DNA from: an uncultured Clostridia bacterium
GTDB taxonomy: Bacteria; Bacillota; Clostridia; Oscillospirales; CAG-272
Length of the DNA: 64,000 bases
NCBI GenBank assembly: GCA_944381115.1
Contig: CALWJV010000016.1
Coordinates: 67,307 to 131,306, forward strand
Direction of reading: 5' to 3'
A program made the translations under genes and the position numbers. The notes beneath the pieces are model-generated. The model was not told where the DNA came from and did not search any database. It saw nothing but the letters and a program-made list of their open reading frames with translations. Below are positions 59,753 to 64,000 of the stretch, in pieces; the first letter of the stretch is position 1; every line of letters begins with the position of its first letter.

Positions 59753-61084
59753 TTAAGCATCCGTCTCAAGTTCATATTTTTCGATCACGCCTTCTTTAAA
59801 TTTTGTGAAAAGGGCAGAAGCATAGCAGAACACGGCAATATTTACCGCAAGATTGATCATCCATATCTCTGACCATATAAGTATAAGTGATGAAAACGCT
59901 ACTGAAGAAGCAGCGCTGATTATTCCGAGCACAAAAAACACTTTTATAAATTTCCTGATTTTATTTACCTGTAATTGGTTAAGTTTATTACTTTTAACAT
60001 ATTCCTCCGAAAAATCGCAGACCACATGATCCTGCAAAACATTTTTCAAAAAACCGTAAATATAGCACAAATATATTATAAGTGCCGTGGCAGACAATAC
60101 GGCAAAAATTATAAGGAAGATATATTCAGTTAAAAATTGCCTTCCGATTTCACTTTGTTGAAAAAGAAGTCTTATACTTGCGTAAAAACGCTTTTCCATA
60201 ATACTGTTATAATAAACATGATCGACAAGAGAAATTGCCGTATATATGCCGCCGCTTATAAAAACGGGTCTTCTTACCTTTGTATATTTTGAAATTACAT
60301 AAATACCGAACAACGATGCCGCGCCGAAAATAAAGTCAGGTATATAATTTTTCCCGTCACCTATAAAATCTATCAAGAAGAAAGCAGATGCGGTAAGGCA
60401 TGAAAATCCGAAAATAAGGGTTCGTCTTATAAACAGATTCGGAACTGTTTCTCTTTTTATGTTATATTCCTGTCTTATCAGTGAACAAAAATTTTTATCC
60501 CTTGCCATCCTTCCTATATAGTTTAAAACAGTGTATCCCCAGAATATCGCGAAAACAAGTGTTAAAAATACATTCGAAACATTCAGAAGTCCGGAAAAAG
60601 CCGCCCATGTTTCCGTTACATTCTCCGTTATATCCGTGCTTTCGGAAGCAATTGCTCCAAGTTGCGGTATAACTGAGAAAAGCCCTTTTGCTGCAAGAAA
60701 GACTGCTCCTATATATCTGAACTCGGGCGCCTCTTTTACCTTACCGTCATAACGTATATTGAGGTAAGCAAGCCCATTATAAAGCGCGGATATCATAGCC
60801 GCTCCGAGTCCGAACTCAATTACCGCAAATATTATGGTTATACTGAGGTGCGTTATTTCATCAAACCCACCGGAAACAAAAAAAGTAAGTGTCCTGGCAA
60901 GAGACGCCCATGTCATGTACTTTATTATCGGTACGGTATCGTCAAGTTCCGGTGAGACCGCCCTTAAACGGTTTATCCCGAGCAATATTATCAAACATCC
61001 CAGAAAATCCGGAAGTATGTCCAAAATACCGATAAGCGGGTTCATTAAAAAAAGAAGTCCGACAGTTATTAAGGTAAATTCCAT
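59753..61084 (-). CDS. polytopic membrane protein, unknown function (two-module)
   Basis: 443 aa with about 12 hydrophobic segments. The (I/L)PDF(L/I) motif occurs at aa 24-27 and again at aa 248-251, which suggests an internal duplication. Confidence 0.65.
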   Translation of the reverse strand: MEFTLITVGLLFLMNPLIGILDILPDFLGCLIILLGINRLRAVSPELDDTVPIIKYMTWASLARTLTFFVSGGFDEITHLSITIIFAVIEFGLGAAMISALYNGLAYLNIRYDGKVKEAPEFRYIGAVFLAAKGLFSVIPQLGAIASESTDITENVTETWAAFSGLLNVSNVFLTLVFAIFWGYTVLNYIGRMARDKNFCSLIRQEYNIKRETVPNLFIRRTLIFGFSCLTASAFFLIDFIGDGKNYIPDFIFGAASLFGIYVISKYTKVRRPVFISGGIYTAISLVDHVYYNSIMEKRFYASIRLLFQQSEIGRQFLTEYIFLIIFAVLSATALIIYLCYIYGFLKNVLQDHVVCDFSEEYVKSNKLNQLQVNKIRKFIKVFFVLGIISAASSVAFSSLILIWSEIWMINLAVNIAVFCYASALFTKFKEGVIEKYELETDA

Positions 61085-61174
61085 ATTTTTTTCCTTTCAC
61101 AAAATCAGTTATAAGCGATCTTTTTTACTTACTATAAAATACATGGCACGCCGGTTTATAAAACTTTGCCTTAC

Positions 61175-61825
61175 TTATTTTCCGCGATGCTTTTTCTTCT
61201 TTTTCTTTTCAGGATGATACTTTTCCGGTATCGGATTTACTTTCTGAGGAGAATTTTTTTCATCTTTTACGGAAACTCCGAGATAGCAGGTAATTATCAT
61301 CCAAAGGTTAAGTATTCTCCAAACGAATCCGATCAAAAACGGGTATAAAAGTATTATTTCATATCCATCAAGCAGTGACGGAACAAAAATCGAAATAACC
61401 GACATTGTCATCTCAAATGCAAAATATACAAACATAACCGCCATATTTCGTCCGGCATGCTTTTCAAGAGATCTTATCCCGGTATTTGTCCCTATGATCT
61501 TGACACCGACATATATAAAAAACATGGTCGCCATCTCGGCACATTCACTTAAAAATCTTACCGAATTGTAAAGGTAATCATACCACGTTACTGCCGAAAT
61601 TTCCGGCACTGCGGTTTTATATATTTGAAGCGCCAAAAGTGCGGCGCCTATTGGAACTGCAATAAAAAGAACATTTTTTGCTTTTTGAAATGAACGTTCG
61701 AATTTTGAAAGTCTGAGCATTGCAAAAAGCATTATAAGATATGCCAAAAAGGGCAAAAGCGTTATGTTTCCGACCGTTATCTGGAACATAAAAACATAAC
61801 CTATAAACAGCCATTCAAATCGCAT
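61175..61825 (-). CDS. polytopic membrane protein, unknown function (single module), Lys-rich tail
   Basis: 216 aa with about 6 hydrophobic segments. The N-terminus parallels that of the neighbouring 443-aa protein. SD ggagg lies 8 nt upstream. C-terminus is HPEKKKKKKHRGK. Confidence 0.65.
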   Translation of the reverse strand: MRFEWLFIGYVFMFQITVGNITLLPFLAYLIMLFAMLRLSKFERSFQKAKNVLFIAVPIGAALLALQIYKTAVPEISAVTWYDYLYNSVRFLSECAEMATMFFIYVGVKIIGTNTGIRSLEKHAGRNMAVMFVYFAFEMTMSVISIFVPSLLDGYEIILLYPFLIGFVWRILNLWMIITCYLGVSVKDEKNSPQKVNPIPEKYHPEKKKKKKHRGK

Positions 61826-61969
61826 AATAAAATCCTCCGCTTTAAAAGCGGGTAACCTTCTTAATTAAGTCGTCCTGCATATTTCATTTGCCGTATAAAA
61901 ATTGATAATGACAAAAATATACGGTAATATATTCTAATAAATAATATACTTGATAGCAGATTTGAATTT

Positions 61970-64000
61970 TTATTCAAGATCCTTTCCGCAGCAACGTTTG
62001 AACTTTTTTCCGCTTCCGCAGGGGCACGGCGCGTTTTTTGCTACCCCGCCGTGCTTGATCATCACCGTTTTGTTACTTTCTGCCTTTGAACCGTCAGTAA
62101 AGTTTTCCCCTGTTATCCTTGCTACCTCTCGACGTACTACTGCTTTTGCAGGTACCACGGTAAGCACCTTGCGTACCGTTTCTTCTTTTATTTCCCTTAT
62201 CATTTCATCAAACATATCTGCCCCTGTTATACGGAATTCGGTTATCGGATTTCTCTGGGCATATGACTGCAGACCAACGCTTCCTTTAAGATCTTCCATG
62301 GCATCAAGATGTTCAATCCATTTTTTATCAACAGTCTCCAGGAGTATAATCCTTTCGACCTCCCTCATTTGCTCACCGAACATCTCTTGCCGCATATTAT
62401 AAAGTTTTTCCGCACGCTTCATAAGGGTATCTGAAATATCCTGCGAGGTAATTTTTTCCATTTCTTCATCGTTATACTTAAAACTGTTGCTGTCACAAAG
62501 TATTCCGTAAAATCGGTTACGAAGATCATCAAGTCTCCATGTTTCTTTATCTTCTCCGTCAGGCAGATACTCGTTTACGGCATCTGATATAGTGGAGGAG
62601 ATCATACCTTTGATCTTATCCTGCATATCATTGCCATCAAGTACTTCATCCCGCTGTTTGTAAATTATCTTTCTTTGCTCATTTATTACATCGTCATAAC
62701 TTAAAAGATTCTTTCTTCTTTGGAAGTTCTGTCCTTCAAGTTGCTTCTGTGCCCTTTGTATAGCACCGGTAAGTATCCCGGCTTCGATCGGCTGATCGTC
62801 AAGCCCCAGCCGAGTTACTATCCCCATTACTCTTTCAGAACCGAACAAACGCATAAGATCATCTTCCAGCGAAAGAAAGAATAGACTTTCTCCAGGGTCT
62901 CCCTGTCGTCCTGCGCGACCGCGAAGTTGGTTATCTATACGACGGCTCTCATGTCTTTCGGTTCCGACAATAAAGAGACCTCCTGCCTCTTTTACCCGGT
63001 TTGCCAGCGGTTCTATCTGGGCTTTATGTTTATTATAAAGTTTTTTGTAAACCTCTCGTGCTTCAAGCACTTTTTCACTTACAGAAACTGAAGAACCGAC
63101 AGCAAGACCGATCGTATCATCATCATAAAGTTGAAGTCCTGTTTCCGGGTCTTTGATCTTTCGCATATCCTGCTTTGCAAGATGTTCTGCATTTCCTCCG
63201 AGCATTATATCCGTTCCGCGTCCTGCCATATTAGTGGCGATCGTTACTGCTCCTACCTTACCTGCTTCGGCAACAATATCTGCCTCTTTGGCATGCTGTT
63301 TTGCATTGAGCACTTTATGAGGAATACCTTTTTTTGAAAGCATTTTTGATACAAGTTCCGATTTGTCGACCGAAACCGTTCCCACAAGAACCGGCTGCCC
63401 TTTTTCGTGGCACTCCGCAACCTGCTCGCATATTGCCTTATATTTTGCATCCAAAGTCCTATACACCTTATCATGATGATCTTTTCTTATCATGGGCATA
63501 TTTGTCGGTATTTCAACAACATCAAGATTGTAGATCTCGCGAAATTCCATTTCTTCGGTAAGTGCAGTACCTGTCATACCGGAAAGTTTTTTGTAGAGTC
63601 TGAAGTAATTTTGAAAAGTAATAGTTGCAAGAGTTTTTGATTCTTTTTGAATTTTAACTCCTTCTTTTGCTTCTATTGCCTGATGTAATCCATCGTTATA
63701 GCGACGTCCGGGCATAAGACGTCCTGTAAAAGTGTCTACAATTATAACTTTTCCGTCTGCGACTATATAGTCCTCATCTCTGTGCATTATAGCCCTTGCC
63801 CTTATTGCCTGATTTATATGGTGGGCAAGGACCGAATTTTCAGGATCTGAAAGATTTTCTATTCCAAAGGCTTTTTCCGCTTTTTTTACACCTGACGCCG
63901 TAAGAGCGGTCGAACGGGATTTTTCATCAAGAGTATAATCATACTTATTCTCAACATCTTCATCTATAACTTTAGCATCAAGTTCTTTTTTCTTGTATTC
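61970..64000 (-). CDS. secA: preprotein translocase ATPase SecA (5' end outside the window)
   Basis: C-terminal zinc finger CPCGSGKKFKRCCG and motor motifs TNMAGRGTDI and GRAGRQGDPG. The frame stays open upstream of the ORF-track Met (...HHINQAIRARAIMHRDEDYIV) to the window edge. Confidence 0.93.
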   Translation of the reverse strand, partial: EYKKKELDAKVIDEDVENKYDYTLDEKSRSTALTASGVKKAEKAFGIENLSDPENSVLAHHINQAIRARAIMHRDEDYIVADGKVIIVDTFTGRLMPGRRYNDGLHQAIEAKEGVKIQKESKTLATITFQNYFRLYKKLSGMTGTALTEEMEFREIYNLDVVEIPTNMPMIRKDHHDKVYRTLDAKYKAICEQVAECHEKGQPVLVGTVSVDKSELVSKMLSKKGIPHKVLNAKQHAKEADIVAEAGKVGAVTIATNMAGRGTDIMLGGNAEHLAKQDMRKIKDPETGLQLYDDDTIGLAVGSSVSVSEKVLEAREVYKKLYNKHKAQIEPLANRVKEAGGLFIVGTERHESRRIDNQLRGRAGRQGDPGESLFFLSLEDDLMRLFGSERVMGIVTRLGLDDQPIEAGILTGAIQRAQKQLEGQNFQRRKNLLSYDDVINEQRKIIYKQRDEVLDGNDMQDKIKGMISSTISDAVNEYLPDGEDKETWRLDDLRNRFYGILCDSNSFKYNDEEMEKITSQDISDTLMKRAEKLYNMRQEMFGEQMREVERIILLETVDKKWIEHLDAMEDLKGSVGLQSYAQRNPITEFRITGADMFDEMIREIKEETVRKVLTVVPAKAVVRREVARITGENFTDGSKAESNKTVMIKHGGVAKNAPCPCGSGKKFKRCCGKDLE

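Noticed and set aside
61837-61851. Small hairpin ccgcttt/aaagcgg partly overlapping the SD of the 216-aa membrane gene.
   Set aside because: Only 5-6 bp can form once a viable loop is allowed, and it overlaps just two SD nucleotides. This is too weak to claim translational control or termination.
1-64000. Searched for CRISPR arrays, tRNA/rRNA genes, IS elements, integrases, prophage or defence-island genes.
   Set aside because: I saw no spaced direct repeats, no GC-rich structured RNA-like islands of suitable length in the intergenic regions, and no transposase, recombinase or phage-like ORFs. Every ORF over 150 aa on the coding strands is accounted for by a housekeeping or membrane gene.

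Overview
This is a low-GC, AT-rich chromosomal segment that looks like a spore-forming Clostridia/Firmicutes genome. It consists almost entirely of conserved housekeeping genes in classic Bacillus/Clostridium synteny blocks. In order: dnaX-ybaB-recR-pcrA; tadA / rpmB / nusB; xseA-xseB-ispA-tlyA-nadK-argR-recN; tyrS, murB, rapZ, comEC; ddl, rsgA; gdpP-rplI-dnaB; tilS-hpt-ftsH; the rsmI to ricT to holB block; feoAB; argF; trkHA; mrp; dnaE; and secA, whose 5' end is cut off by the window edge. I found no rRNA, tRNA, CRISPR array, transposase or integrase, and no recognisable defence, toxin or secondary-metabolite genes. I cannot honestly point to a convincing new multi-gene system. The observations most worth a second look are:
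1. An A9 slippery run in dnaX followed immediately by a -1-frame TGA, which could produce a gamma subunit.
2. A ddl gene with a large N-domain insertion that contains a 24-bp in-frame tandem repeat.
3. Two sub-60-aa genes missing from the ORF track: a SpoVM-like micro-ORF next to rsgA, and a 57-aa 2x[4Fe-4S] ferredoxin next to ricT.
4. A monocistronic 934-aa orphan membrane protein with a CvpA-like N-terminus, a near-consensus promoter and an operator-like inverted repeat.
5. Two adjacent polytopic membrane genes between dnaE and secA that look like three copies of one uncharacterised ~200-aa module.
6. Long low-complexity tails on RicT, FtsH and NusB.
All functional calls come from motif recognition by eye and from synteny. 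No database search was run.
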